From Chiloscyllium plagiosum (taxonomy: Eukaryota): a stretch of DNA of 45,233 nt. This document shows positions 1 to 12,260 of this stretch, one piece after another (position 1 is the stretch's first letter; every line of letters begins with the position of its first letter). The stretch is taken from the NCBI RefSeq assembly GCF_004010195.1, contig NC_057718.1, positions 53,977,605 to 54,022,837 on the forward strand. Reading direction: 5' to 3'. Below the pieces are notes generated by a model that worked only from the letters and a program-made list of their open reading frames with translations, was not told the origin of the DNA and made no database searches. The position numbers were made by a program, and so were the translations under genes.

Positions 1-1694
1 AGTGTAATCTGAGGTAACCTTCCTCGTGCTCCACTACACTTCCAACTTTGGCGTCATCTGCGAATATACTAAATGTATCTCTTATGCTCACATCCAAATC
101 ATTTATACAAATGACAAAAAGTGGAGGACCCAGCACTGATCCTTGTGGCACTCCATTGGTCACAGGCCTCCAGTCTGAAAAATAACCCTCCACCACCACC
201 CTCTGTCTTCTACCTTTGAGCCAGTTCTGTATCCAATTGGCTAGTTCCCCCTGTATTCCATGAGATCTAACCTTACTAACCAGTCTCCCATGGGGAAATC
301 TTGTCGAACGCCTTACTGAAGTCCATATAGATCACATCTACTACTCTGCCCTCACCAATCCTCTTTGTTACTTCTTCAAAAAGTTCAATCAAGTTTGTGA
401 GACATGATTTCCCACACACGAAGCCATGTTGACTATCCCTAATCAGTCCTTCCCTTTCCAAATACAAGTACATCTTGTCCCTCAGGATTCCCTCCAACAG
501 CTTGCCCACTGGTCTATAGTTCCCTGGCTTGTCTTTACCACCCTTCTTAAACAGTGGCACCATGTTTGCCAACCTCTAGTTTCCGGCACCTCACCTGTGA
601 CTATCGATGATACAAATATCTCAGCAAGAGGCCAAGCAATCACTTCCCTAGCTTCACACGGAGTTCTAGGGTACACTTGATCAAGTCCTGGGGATTTATC
701 CACTTTTATGTATTTCAAGACATCCAGCACTTCCTCCTCTGTAATATGGACATTTTTCAAGATGTCATCATCAGTTTCCCTACATTCTATATCTTCCATG
801 TCCTTTTCTACAGTAAACCCTGATGCAAAATACTCATTTAGTATTTCCCCCATCTCCTGCAGCTCCACACAAAGGCCACCTTGCTAATCTTTGAGGGGCC
901 CTATTCTCTCCCTAGTTAGCTTTTTATCCTTAATGTATTTGTAAAATCCCTTTGGATTATCCTTAACTCTATTTGCCAAAGCTATCTCATGTCCCCTTTT
1001 TGCCCTTAAGTTTACTCCTACTTTCTTTATACTCTTCTAAGGATTCACTCAATCTATCCTGTCTATACCTGACATATGCTTCCTTCTTTTTCTGTCCCAA
1101 ACCCTCAATTTCTCTCGTCATCCAGCATTCCTTATACCTACCAGCCTTTCCTTTCACCCTAACAGGAATATACTGTCTTTGCACTCTTGTTACCTCGTTT
1201 CTGAAGGCTTCCCATTTTCCAGCCATCCCTTTACCTGTGAACATTTGTCCCCAATCAGCTTTTGAAAGTTCTTGCCTAATACCATCAAAATTGGCCTTTC
1301 TCCAATTTAGAACTTCAACCGTTAGATCTGGTCTATCTTTTTCCTTCACTATCTTAAAGCTAATAGAATTATGGTCACTGGCCCCAAAGTGCTCCCCCAC
1401 TGACAACCTCACCTGCCCTGCCTTATTTCCCAAGAGGAGGTCAAGTTTTGCACCTTCTGTAGTAGATACATCTATGTACTGAATCAGAAAAGTTTCTCAT
1501 ACATGCTTAACAAATTCCTCTCCATCTAAACCTATGACACTATGGCAGTCCCAGTCTATGTTTGGAAAATTAAAAGCCGCTACCATAACCACCCTATTAT
1601 TCTTACAGATAACTGAGATCTCCTTACAAATTTGTTTCTCAATTTCCCTCTGACTATTAGGATGTCTATAATACAATCCCAGTAAGGTGATCAC
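1..1694 (-). mobile_element. CR1-clade (HER1-like) LINE, 5'-truncated, degraded ORF2 (APE C-half, linker, RT); runs off the left edge
   Basis: Minus-strand ORF pieces read LYYRHPNS / FNFPNIDW (APE), SDHNSISF, DKSPGLD, KPGNYRPV, QHGF..GKSCLTNL, YMDFSKAFDK. FADD lies at ~48-63 (minus ttcgcagatgac). Many stops and frameshifts. Confidence 0.95.
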
Positions 1695-2099
1695 TGTGCA
1701 GCTTAGACAAAATGTTGCCCATCACTGTGTACAGGACTTAGAAATGAAACTAAAACTACAATAATGAAACATTTCCAGGCCATTGTAACATCACTAATTA
1801 TTTGTGCATTCGTTAAAGTTACATTTTGTTTCAAAAATCAATAATCCTCTGTAAACCAAGATAGGGAAAAAAAAACATTTGCCTCATTGTAAAGACGGTC
1901 TGCTGCTGAATCTGGAAGCAAAATAGTTGTCCTTGAAACCTCGAAATTGTTGTGTTATGTCTCATAGTTAACATGTTTGTATACTTTTAAGAGAGAGATT
2001 CGGGTTATGACCTGAGAGTGTAATGGGCACTGACTTCATCTTAAATTGAGTTTCTTGAAGCATGATACACCAATGTATGATTACAAGTCTTTATTACGA

Positions 2100-4890
2100 A
2101 TAGTTTAATGAGGAACAGATACGTGGACAGAATTTGGAAAAATGTATAAGCAACAGGGTTGCTTTAGTGGTGTTTTTAACTTCTCTTATGTTGACTGGAA
2201 CTCCCTTAGTGCCATGGGATTTAATAGGTGGAGAATTTGTTAGGAGTGTTTCTTTAAGTAATATGTAAAAAGTCAACTAGGGAAGGAGTTATAATAGTTG
2301 GGGAATGAGCCCAGCCAGGCAGTCAAAGTTTCAATGGGGGAGTATTTAGGGAACAGTGACCACGATTCTGTATGTTTTAAATTGATTATGGATAAGGATT
2401 AGGGTAGTCCTCCACTGTAAGTATTAAATAGGGGAAAGACTCATACCAAAATATCAGGTAGGAACTGGGGGATATAGATTGGGGGGTGCTGTTTAGGGTA
2501 AATCCACATCTATCATGTGGGAATCTTTTAAAAGTCAGTTGATTAGAGTTCAGGACCCAACATGTTTGTGTGAGAATGAAGGAGAAGGATGGCAAGATTC
2601 AGGAACCTTGGATGACAAAAGAAACTGTGAGCATAGTCAAAAACAAAAAGAAGGCATATGTAACACTTAGGAAACTGAAACAGACAGAGCCCTTGAAGAG
2701 TATACAGATAGCAGGAAAGAACTTAAATAAGGAATTAGGAGGGTTAAAAGGCACCACGAAGTGTCCTTGGCAAATGCAGTTAAGAAAAATCCCAAGGCAT
2801 TTTATATGTACATAAGGAACAAGAGGGAAAGGGTAGGTCCACTTAAGTACAAAGGAGGGAATTTATGGATGGAGCTTGATGAAGTGGATGAGATCTTTAA
2901 TAAATACTTTGGCATTACTTCACAGAGGAGGATGTCATGGATGGTGAGTCTATTGAGGGGCGTATTGATGTTCTGGGGCATGTTGGTGTAAAAAAGGAGG
3001 AGATCTTGGATGTTTTGGAAAGTATTAAGGGAGACAAGTCCCCCTGAGCTGACGGAATCTACCTCAGAATGCTGAGGGAGCTGCAGGAAGAAATTGCTGG
3101 AGGGCAATATGAAATCTTTGTATCCTCTTTAGTTAGAGGAGAGGTCACAGAGGACTAGAGAATAGCCAATGTTGTTCCTTTGTTTAAGAAGAGAAACATG
3201 GATAATTCAGGAAATTGCAGGCTGTTAAGCCTTACATTAGAAGTAAGGAAGTGATTGGTGGAGATTCTTAGGGACAGGATTTGCTCATGATTAAAAAAAA
3301 TGGAATTATTTGGGATAGGCACCTTGGCTTAGTGCGATAGAGGTTGTGTCGCACAAACTTGATTGAGTTTTTTGAGGAAGTAACAAAGATGATGGAACAG
3401 GGCACGGCAATAGATGTTTTCTATATGGGCTTCAGCAAGCTGTTTGACAAGGTGCAGCATAGCAGGCTGATACAAATGTGAATGCACATGGGGTGCACTA
3501 TGAGCTGGTAAGATGGATACAGAGTTAGCATACTTCTGCAAGACAGAGAATTGCAGTGGAAGAGTGTTTTTCTGACTGGAGATCTGTGACCAGTGGTGTT
3601 CCACAAGGATCAGTGCTGGGAGCCCTGTTGTTTGTAATATATATCAATAATTTGGAGGTGAATGAAGGTGGTCCAATTAGTAAATTTGTGGATCACATAA
3701 AGATTGGGGGAGCTGTGAATAGTGAGATGAATTGCCAAAGGATACATTAGGATATAGATAGCCAGGTGTCTTAAACAGCAGATAGAATTTAATCTGGAAC
3801 AATGTGAGGCTCTGCATTTTGGAAGGTCTAATGCAGGAGTGTAGAAACAGTAAATGTCAGAACGCTTGATAGCACTATCTTGCAGAGGGATCTAGGCATG
3901 CAGGTCCACAGTGCCCTGAAAATGGCAACACAAGTAGTATAAGGTTGTCAAAAAGGCAGAGAGCGTGTTTGCTTTCTTTAGTCAGGGCATTGAGTATAGA
4001 AATTGGCAAGTCATGTTGCAGCTGTATAGAACTTTTGTTAAACCACATTTGGAATATTGTATGGATTAAATGAGATTCCCTACAGTGTAGAAACAGATCC
4101 TTCGGCCCAACCAGTGCACACCGACCCTCCGAAGAGTAACCCACCCAGACTCATTTCTCTCTGACTAATGGTACAGGCAATTCAGCATGGCCAATTCACC
4201 TGACCCGCACATCTTTGGACTGTGGGAGGAAACCAGATCACACAGAGGAAACCCGCGCAGACACGAGGAGAATGTGCAAATTCCACACAGACAGTTGCCC
4301 AAGGATGGATTCGAACCTGGGACCCTGTTGCTGTGAGGCAGCAGTGCTAACCACTGAGCCACCGTGCCGCCCTATTCTGGGCACCACATTACTAGAATGA
4401 TGTGGAGGTTTTGTAGAGAGTACAGAAATGGTTTTCCAGCATGTTGCCTGGTCTAGAGGGTATAAGCTACAAGGAGAGAACAAATAAACTTGATTTCTTT
4501 TCATTTGAACATCAGAGGATGAAAGATGACCTAATAGAAGTTTACAAAATTATGAGAGGCATGGATAGCCTGGATGGTCAGAGACTGTTTTCCAAGGTAA
4601 AAATAAGAATTACTGGGGGGAATAGGTTTAAAGTAAAAGAGGGAAAGTTAAAAAGGAATGTGAGAGACAAGTTTTCTTCCACAGAGGGTGGTAAGTACTT
4701 GGCATGCACTGCCAGAGGAGTTGATAGAAGCAGATACACAGCAACATTTAAGAGGCATCTTGACAGATACAAGACTAGGCAGGGAATGGAGACCCACGGA
4801 TCAAGGGTTTCTAGTTTAGAAAACCATCACATGTCAGCACAGGCTCAGTGGGCTGACCAGCCTGCTCCTGTGTTGTACCGGTCGTTTTTC
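2100..4890 (+). mobile_element. Degraded CR1 LINE ORF2 through 3' end, interrupted by a SINE at 4064-4372
   Basis: [45 protein letters not shown] (degenerate FADD), DLIEVYKIMRG, and a CR1-type 3' tail near 4850-4890. Confidence 0.93.
4064..4372 (-). mobile_element. HE1-type tRNA-derived V-domain SINE
   Basis: The minus strand begins GGGCGGCACGGTGGCTCAGTGG (A box) with B box GGTTCGAATCC, then the V-SINE core ctgtctgtgtggaatttgcacattctcc...ggtttcctcccacagtccaaagatgtg and a CR1-like tail. It splits the LINE motif EYC-x-x-FW. Confidence 0.92.
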
Positions 4891-6089
4891 TTTGTTTTTT
4901 TTGAGGTTCAGAAATGCCTGCGAATATCGGAGTGATGTAATAAATATCTATTGGCTATTTTAATACCATATTGCCTGTGTCCTAACTTATAATAAACTTG
5001 CATCTCTGTGTTACGTAAAGATACCCTGGTGGAGGCAAAATACATATTGGAAATCACCTGACTGTTTCAGTGCCTTCTTCACTACATGTGCAGGTCCAGA
5101 TTCTCTCAGGATGAATACGGGATAGCGACTCCCTTTAAATTTATCAATGGCATGCAAGTTTTGTTGTAGATTAACACAGACAATTTGAAAATTGAATGAA
5201 TTGGAATCAGAGTAGCATTCTGCAGTGCCATGTTTCCAGCAACATAATAGGACTCATTAACTCTCCTCATGTGCTGCCTTGGAGCTATCTATCACAAAGG
5301 GATGAATTCCCTCGCCTGTTGAAGATGACATTGATGATCTTTTGCAGGCTTGAATGGCTTTCTGCTGGGGCTGAGCACATATTCATGTCAGTACTAAGGC
5401 TGTCAATACACTGATCACGACCAAACTAATCTTTGTCTGATGGATGTGTTTCAAACATTGAGTTCAAAGTAAAGGGAAGTGAAAAATTTTGATGAATATA
5501 AGCAGAACCTTCCAACTGTTTTTTTGGTCCACACTGCTTCACTGTTATGCTTTTGTGGTCCAGAGTGAAATTTCATTCAGACCTGGAAGCCTGAGTTTGC
5601 TTTTCTTATTTCCCATGATGAGTTCCTGCAACTGGTCAGGCCATTCTTCAATTTGAAAAGGGGAAATGCTGCCTTCCATAGCAAGAGATAAAATCAGATG
5701 ATGAATCACCTTACACTGCAATTGCTTACCTTCCAGAAAACCAGGAACAAGTTGGCAGTTTGCTTGCTTCTATAGTTAGAGAAAAGTAATTTTTAAGATG
5801 GAGTGGATTAATATTGCAAGCACAAACATTCAATTATCTCAAGAGATTGGAGTAACATTTATATGACTAATGACAACACAAGTTAATTCTGACGTGATAA
5901 AATGTTGAAAAATGCCTGCTCTTTTCCATTGCAGTTTATTAATAAAATAAATTAATTTGTTGGTTCAAATAAACAAATTAAAATGCAAAGAGGATGTGGA
6001 GTACAAGTAATATTAGGCTTTGAATCTTTGTACAATTCGAATAAAAGTGCCTTGGGAAACTTTAAACCTATGTGTACACTTAAGTAATA

Positions 6090-6325
6090 AAAACTGAAAG
6101 GTAGGAAATACTCTGCAAATCCGACAGCATCTTTGGATTGGGAAAACAGACTTCTTCACAACTGAAGGAAGTTAAAGATATGTTCAATTATTTCCTGTGG
6201 AAAAGGTAGAGGAGGAACAAAAGGAAGGTCTGGGATAGTATACAGGCCAGGAAAAATTAAGTGAAAAAGATTTAATGCAACAAGACGTAAAAGGGAGAGA
6301 TACCGATTGTGGTGAAACGCAGGGA
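6090..6325 (-). mobile_element. Old Penelope-like element, 3' region (piece 1 of 3)
   Basis: Degenerate match to the recalled terminal motif (aaatactc..caaatccgacagcatc...aaacaga), followed by purine-rich sequence that appears to continue at 10960. Confidence 0.55.
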
Positions 6326-6504
6326 GGAGTCAAAAAAAAGAACAAAGAACAAAGAAAATTAACAGCCCAGGAACAGGCCTTTTGGCCCTCCAAGCCTGAA
6401 CTGATCCAAATGTACTGTCTAAACCTGTCGGTCAATTCCTAAACATCTGTATTCCTCTGCTCCCCACTTACTCATGCATCTGTCCAGACACATCTTAAAT
6501 GTGT

Positions 6505-9328
6505 CTACCGTGCCTGCCTCAACGACCTCTGCTGGCAACGTGTTCCAAACACCCACCACTCTCTGTGTGAAGTACTTACTGCGTGTATCCCCCTTAAAAA
6601 CTTTCCACCTCTCACTTTGAAACCATGACCTCTCTTTATGGAATCCTTCACCCTGGGAAAAAGCTTGTCTCTATCCATCCTGTCTATACCCTTCATGATT
6701 TTGTAAACCTCATGCAGGTCCCCCCTCACTCTCCTTTTTTCTAGTGAAAATAAACCTAACCTACTCAACCTCTCTTCAGAGCTAGCACATTCCATACCAG
6801 GCAACATCCTCCTAAACCTTCTCTGCACCCTCTCCAAAGCGTCCACATCCTTTTGGTAATGTGGCAACCATAACTGTACACAGTATTCTAAATGCGGCCG
6901 AACCAATGTCTTGTACAATTTAACATGACCTGCCAGCTCTTATACTCAATACCGCGTCCAATGAAGGCAAGCATACTATATGCCTTCTTGACCACTCTAT
7001 CTACCTGTGCAGGGTACAATGGACCTGCACTCCCAGATCTGTCTGCCCATCAACTTTTCCCAAAACTCTTCCATTCATTGTATAATTTGCTCTAGAATTA
7101 GACTTGCGTAAATGCATCACCTCACACTTGTCTGGACTGAAAGCCATCTGCCACTTTTCCGACCAACTTTCCAGTCTATCAATATCCTCCTGCATTCTCT
7201 GACAGTCCCTTATGCTTTCTGCTACTCCACCAATCTTCATGTCATCTGCAAACTTGCTGATTATACCAAAATTCCCCCTTCCAGATCATTTATGTATATT
7301 ACAAACAACAGCGGCCCCAACACTGACCCCTGTGGAACACCACTGGTCACCTTTCTCCATTTTGAGAAACTCCTTTCAACTACTACTCTCTGCCTCCTGT
7401 TGCTCACCTTTATCCACCTTTCTAGAACACCCTGCACAGCATGTAACTTCACTTCCTTCATTAGTCTACAATGGGGAACCTTATCAAATGCCATACTAAA
7501 GTCTATGTATATGACATCAACAGCCCTTCCTTCATCTATCAACTTGGTCACTTCCTCGAAGAACTCTATCAAGATGGTAAGGCATGATCTCCCCCGCACA
7601 AAACCATGTTGCCCATCACCGATAACCTCATTCTTTACCAAATATAAATAGATCCTATCTCTCAGTACCCTCTCCAGCAACTTCCCCACCACCGACGTCA
7701 GTCTCACTGGTCTGTCATTACCCAGAATATCCCTACTACCCTTCTTGTCCAGGGGGACATGAGCAACCTTCCAGTCCTCCGGCACCTCACCTGTATTTAA
7801 GGATGCCACAAAGCTATCTGTCAGGGCCCCAGCTATTTCCTCTCTCACTTCCCTCAGTAACCTGGGATAGATCCCATCCGGTCCTGGGGATTTGTCCAAC
7901 TTAATAACCTCTAGCATACCCAACACATCTTCCCTGCTTATGCCAACGTGATCCAGACTAATCAAACTTCTATCTCTAATCTCAAGATTCATCATGTTCC
8001 TCTCCTCAGTGAACACGATGCAAAGTAATCATTCAGAATCTCACCCATTCTCTCAGGTTCGGCACACAGCCTTTCTCATTATCCTTTAGCAGACCAATCC
8101 TTTCTCTAGTTACCCGCTTGCTTCTTATGTAAGAATAAAATGCTTTGGGATTTTCCTTAATTCTGCTCGCTAAAGCTATTTTATTACCCCTTTTAGCCTG
8201 CTTGAGTCCTCGTTTAAGACTTGTCCTAATCTTCCGATATTCTTCCAGGGTCCGTTCTGTCCTCAGCTGCCGGGACCTTATGTACACTTCCCTTTTCCTC
8301 TTGGCTAGTCGTACAATTTCTCCTGTCATCCACGGTTCATGAATCTTGCCCTTCCTATCCCTTGCCTTCAATGGGACATGCCTCTCCTGCACTGCCGTTA
8401 ACCTATCTTTGAAAGCCTCCCACATCTCAAATGTGGACTTGCTTTCAAATAGCTGTGTCCAATACACATTTCCCAGCTCCTGCCTAATTTTGATATAATT
8501 GGCCTTGGCCCAGTTTATTACTCTTCCCTTAGGAACACTCTCTTCTTTATCTATGAGTATTGTAAAACTTACAGAATTGTGGTCACTTTTCCTAAGAAAT
8601 CCCCCACCACAATTTCTACCACTCGTCCTGGCTCGTTCCCCAGTACGAGGTCCAATATGGCTCCTTCCCTCGTTGGACTATTGACATACTGCTCTAGAAA
8701 ACTCTCCTGGATGCTTCTTACAAATTCTACTCCATCCAGACCTCTGACGCTAAGTGTATCCCAGTCAATGTTGGGAAAATTAAAATCTCCCATCACCACT
8801 CCCCTATTGCCTCTACATCTTTCATAATCTGTTTACCTATTTGTTCTTCAACCTCACGCTCACTGTTGGGAGGCCTGTAATACAGCTCCAGCAATGTAAC
8901 TGCACCCTTCTTATTTCTCAGCTCCACCCATAATGCCTCACTACCCAAGACCGCCACAGTGTCCTCCTTTAGCACAGCCGTGATATCGTCCCTGACCAGC
9001 AATGCAACTCCACCCCCTCTTTTACTTCCCTCCCTGTCCTGTCTGAAACATCCAGTTGCCAATCATCATGCCCTTCCTTCAACCAAGTCTCTGTGATGGC
9101 AATAATATCATACGCCCAGGCACCAATCCAAGCCCTACGTTCATCTGCCTTACCCACTATACTCCTTGCATTAAAGTAGATGCATTTCAGGCCACCAGTT
9201 CTTTTGCGCTCACCTGCTCTCTGCCTATTCTTCCCCTTATTAATGCTATCTTCGTAATTCTTACAGTCTCCAGTCTCCACCTCGCTGCCTACTTGTTTTC
9301 TCTTCTGGTTCCCAGCCCCCTGCCACAT
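6505..9328 (-). pseudogene. CR1 ORF2 (AP endonuclease + reverse transcriptase), frameshifted
   Basis: [118 protein letters not shown] (~7240-7258), YKTLVRPHLEYCVQ. The frame is split over many ORF pieces. Confidence 0.95.
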
Positions 9329-10274
9329 TAGTTTAAAACCTCCCCAACAGCAGGAGCAAAAACTCCCCCAGGGACATTGGTTCCGGTCTGGTTCAGATGT
9401 AGATCATCCATTTTGTAATAGTTCCACTTTCCCCAGAACTGGTCCCAATGTCCAATAAATCTGAACCCCTCCCTCCTACACCATCCCTCAAGCCACGTGT
9501 TCATCCTGCCTATTTTTTCATTTCTACACTGGCTAGCACGTGGCACTGGTTGTAATCCCGAGATCACTACCTTTGAGGTCCTCCTTTTTAGCTTCTCTCC
9601 TAGCTCCCTGAATTCTGCTTTCAGGACCTCATCTCGTTTTTTACTTATATCGTTGGTGCCTATATGTTCCAAGACAACTGGCTGTTCACCCTCCCCTTTC
9701 AGAATGCTCTGCAGCCAATCAGTGACATTCCTGACCCGAGCACCTGGGAGGCACATACCATCCAGGAGTCCCATTTTCAGTCACAGAACCAACTATCTAC
9801 TCCCCTCACAACAGAATCCCCTATGACTATGGTCTTACGAGACTTTTTCCCACCCTTCTGAACAGCAGTGCCCGCCACAGTGCCATGATCTTGACAACTG
9901 CTGCCATCCCCTGGTGAGCCATCTCCCCCAACAATATCCAAAACGGCATACCTGTTTTGGAGGGAGATGACCATGGGGGACACCTGCACTGCCTTCCTAC
10001 TCTTTTTCTGCCTTTTAGTCCCCCATTCGCTGTCTCCCTCAGCAATCCTAACCTGCAGTGTGACCAGTTCACTAAACGTGCTATCCATGACCTCCTCAGC
10101 ATCGCGGATGCTCCACAGTGAGTCCATCTGCAGCTCCAGAGCCATCATGCAGTCAAACTCCAGCAGCAGCTGAACACACTTCTTGCAAGTGTAAAAGTCA
10201 GGAATGTCAGCCACTTCCCTGAGCTCCCACATCAGGCAAGAGGCACATGCCACGGGTCTGAGGTCCCCTGCCAT
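9328..10274 (-). pseudogene. CR1 ORF1: zinc finger/leucine zipper plus SGNH(GDSL)-type esterase domain, disrupted
   Basis: MAGDLRPVACASC...YTCKKC (two CxxC pairs), then VIGDS, CLPGAR, HIGTND and DDLHLN esterase blocks. A stop and a frameshift lie near 9750-9780. Confidence 0.92.
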
Positions 10275-10612
10275 TGGAGGCTTAGCTTTATATGAACTAA
10301 CTAAAACCAAACAATGCACTTAAATAAATGAAAAAGAAAGATAAGAAATAAAAGCCTTACATTACAGGGTCTTTTTCTTCTGGTTAGAGGAGGGGGCAGG
10401 AGGGAGATACTACACATGTAGTATCTTGGGCTTAGCCACTGCCCAAATATAAATTAAGCCCTTACCTTCCCGGCAGCTTCACTCCTCGTTCTCTCCTCGC
10501 CACTCTGGCAAAATGGAAGCCCGACTCCTGAGGTAAGTCCCTTTTTATGTGGCAAAACTCACCCTTCCCGGCAGCCCTCGCTTCACTCCTCCTTCTTTCC
10601 TCGCCGCTATGG

Positions 10613-10958
10613 CAAAAAATGTGGTGCTGGAAAAGCACAGCCAGTCAGGAAACATCCAAGGAGCAGGAGAGTCAACATTTTGAGCATAAGCTCTTCATCA
10701 GGAATGTGGGGGAGCTGAGAGATAAATGTGAGGGGAGTGAAGCTGGGGGGGGGGAAGGTAGCTGGGAATGCGATAGGTCGATGAAGGGTGATGGTGATAA
10801 GTCGGAGAGGAGGGTGGAGCGATAAGTAGGAAAGGAGTTGGACAGGTAGGACAGATCAAGAGAGTGGTGCCGAGTTAGAGGGTTGGATTTGGGATAAGGA
10901 AGGGGCAGGAGAAATGAGGAAACTAGTGAAATCAACATTGATCCCAGGTGGTTGGAAT
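10613..10958 (-). mobile_element. Younger Penelope-like 3' fragment with decayed minimal hammerhead motif
   Basis: Plus strand aaaatgtggtgctggaaaagcacagccagtcagg...; minus strand CTGATGA-a-gagc-ttat-gctc-AAAA at ~10669-10705. The minus strand near 10918-10950 reads PPGINVDFTSFL, resembling a GIY-YIG C-terminus. Confidence 0.75.
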
Positions 10959-10959
10959 G

Positions 10960-11335
10960 CGGCTTTTGTCCAGAGTGAATGCATTGGAAGAATAAGGAAA
11001 ACTGTCTCCAAAAACAAAATGTATGACAAATAAGATTAAGACTGGTGCATGACAACAATAAAACAGGGTTAAAGTTCACAGAGTTCACAGTCTGAATTTG
11101 AACTGAATATTGAGTCCAGGAGCTATAAAAAGTGCTCAATCAAAAGCTGAATCGCTGTTCCTCAAGCTTCTGTGTGCTTCACAGAAACAATGCAACCGGC
11201 CAAGGATAGAAATGTGAACATGGGAACAAGCCGCTCAAGTAAAATGGCAAACAAACATACTCTTAGGACCAGACTTGTACACTGAGTGGAAGTGCTCTGA
11301 TCATTCAATTTCCCCAGACTCCCCAGTGTACCAGA
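10960..11335 (-). mobile_element. Old Penelope-like element, GIY-YIG region (piece 2)
   Basis: Degraded minus-strand reading KLEEQRFSF*LSTFIAPGLNIQF around 11095-11170 resembles the PLE endonuclease C-terminus. A YTGE motif lies at ~11319-11330. Confidence 0.7.
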
Positions 11336-11337
11336 AT

Positions 11338-11977
11338 GAGTTCTGGGTTGGCATGGGGAGAGATTGTGTCAAATATGAGCCTGTATTCACTGCAGTTAAA
11401 TCAATAAGAGGGGATCTCATTGAAATATATAAAATGTTGAGACACTGGACAAAAAAAAAGAACTGCAGATGCTGGAAACCCAAAACAGAAACTGAAATGC
11501 TGTAAAAACTTGGCAGGTCTGGCAGCATCTGTGGAGAGAAATCAGTGAACATTTCGGGTCCAGTGACTCTTATTCAGAGCCTCTGAGTTTATCCAGCAAT
11601 TTCTGGTTTGGTATGTGTATATAAAATTTTTGACATGGCTAGACAGATTAAATGCATGGATAATGTTTCCTACTTAAAATGGCTAGAATAAGAGATCACA
11701 GTTTCAGGGTATACATGATAGGCCATTTCAGATTCAGATAAGGAGAAATTTCTTCGTTCAGAGGATGTGAACTTGTGGACCTCTCCACCACAAAAGATTG
11801 TAGAGGCAAAGTCATTGAATATATTTAAGAAAGAAATAGATTTGCAGAAGCTACAAGATTCCAAGGGCTATGGGAAGAGAGTAGGAGTAAGGAATTGAGA
11901 TAGAACGTCAGATATGATCATGTTGAATGGCAGAGCAGGCATAACTAGCTACTCATACTCCTACTTTCTATGTTTCT
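11338..11977 (+). mobile_element. CR1 3'-terminal fragment (old subfamily)
   Basis: RGDLIEIYKML, then aggagaaatttcttc...gtgaacttgtgga, ending in ctactttctatgtttct. It is interrupted at ~11450-11612. Confidence 0.85.
11450..11612 (-). mobile_element. Short Penelope-like terminus with a partial inverted copy and a hammerhead remnant
   Basis: gaactgcagatgctggaaa...ggcaggtctggcagcatctgtggagagaa; the minus strand reads CTGAATA-a-gagtc-actg-gaccc-GAAA. The segment ctgagtttatccagcaatttctg is an inverted copy of the upstream part. Confidence 0.72.
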
Positions 11978-12260
11978 CGAAGAGACCATACTGAGATCAG
12001 TCACTGTAGCAAGCTAAATTTAAAGAAGTGTGTATAAGTAGATGCTTCAACTGGAAGAAGTGGTTGGGTCTTGGACAGTAAAGAGAGAACAGGGAGGTAA
12101 AGGGAAGATGTTGCTCCTCTTTCAATTGAATGGGAAAGTGCTGTGGTGTCAGAGATGAGTGAAGAGTGGATGAGGGTGTTGCAGAGTAAACAGTCCTTTG
12201 CGATGTAGAAAACAGAGGAAAGGAAAAGATGAGTTTGGTGCTGGCATCACAGTAGAGGGG
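11978..12260 (-). mobile_element. Old Penelope-like element (piece 3)
   Basis: Resumes (gagaccatactgag...) where piece 2 stops, and resembles the recalled region just N-terminal to the GIY-YIG domain. Confidence 0.6.

Larger units (their letters stand above)
6338..10617 (-). mobile_element. Near full-length CR1 LINE (~4.3 kb): 5'UTR, ORF1, ORF2, 3' microsatellite tail
   Basis: Domains are colinear: zinc finger, esterase, APE, RT. The 3' tail (ttctttg)n is at 6338-6356. A possible TSD caaaaaa lies at 6331-6337 and 10613-10619. Confidence 0.96.

Noticed and set aside
973..1482. 169-aa plus-strand ORF (and similar ones such as 7112-7651 and 33000-33692)
   Set aside because: These are antisense shadows of CR1 ORF2 with no independent coding signal.
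4300..4372. tRNA gene
   Set aside because: The A/B boxes run straight into a V-SINE core and a LINE tail, so this is a SINE head. The same applies at ~26150, ~30260 and ~39760.
9328..9860. SGNH esterase as a novel cargo gene
   Set aside because: An esterase domain in ORF1 is an established feature of many CR1-clade LINEs, and this copy is broken.
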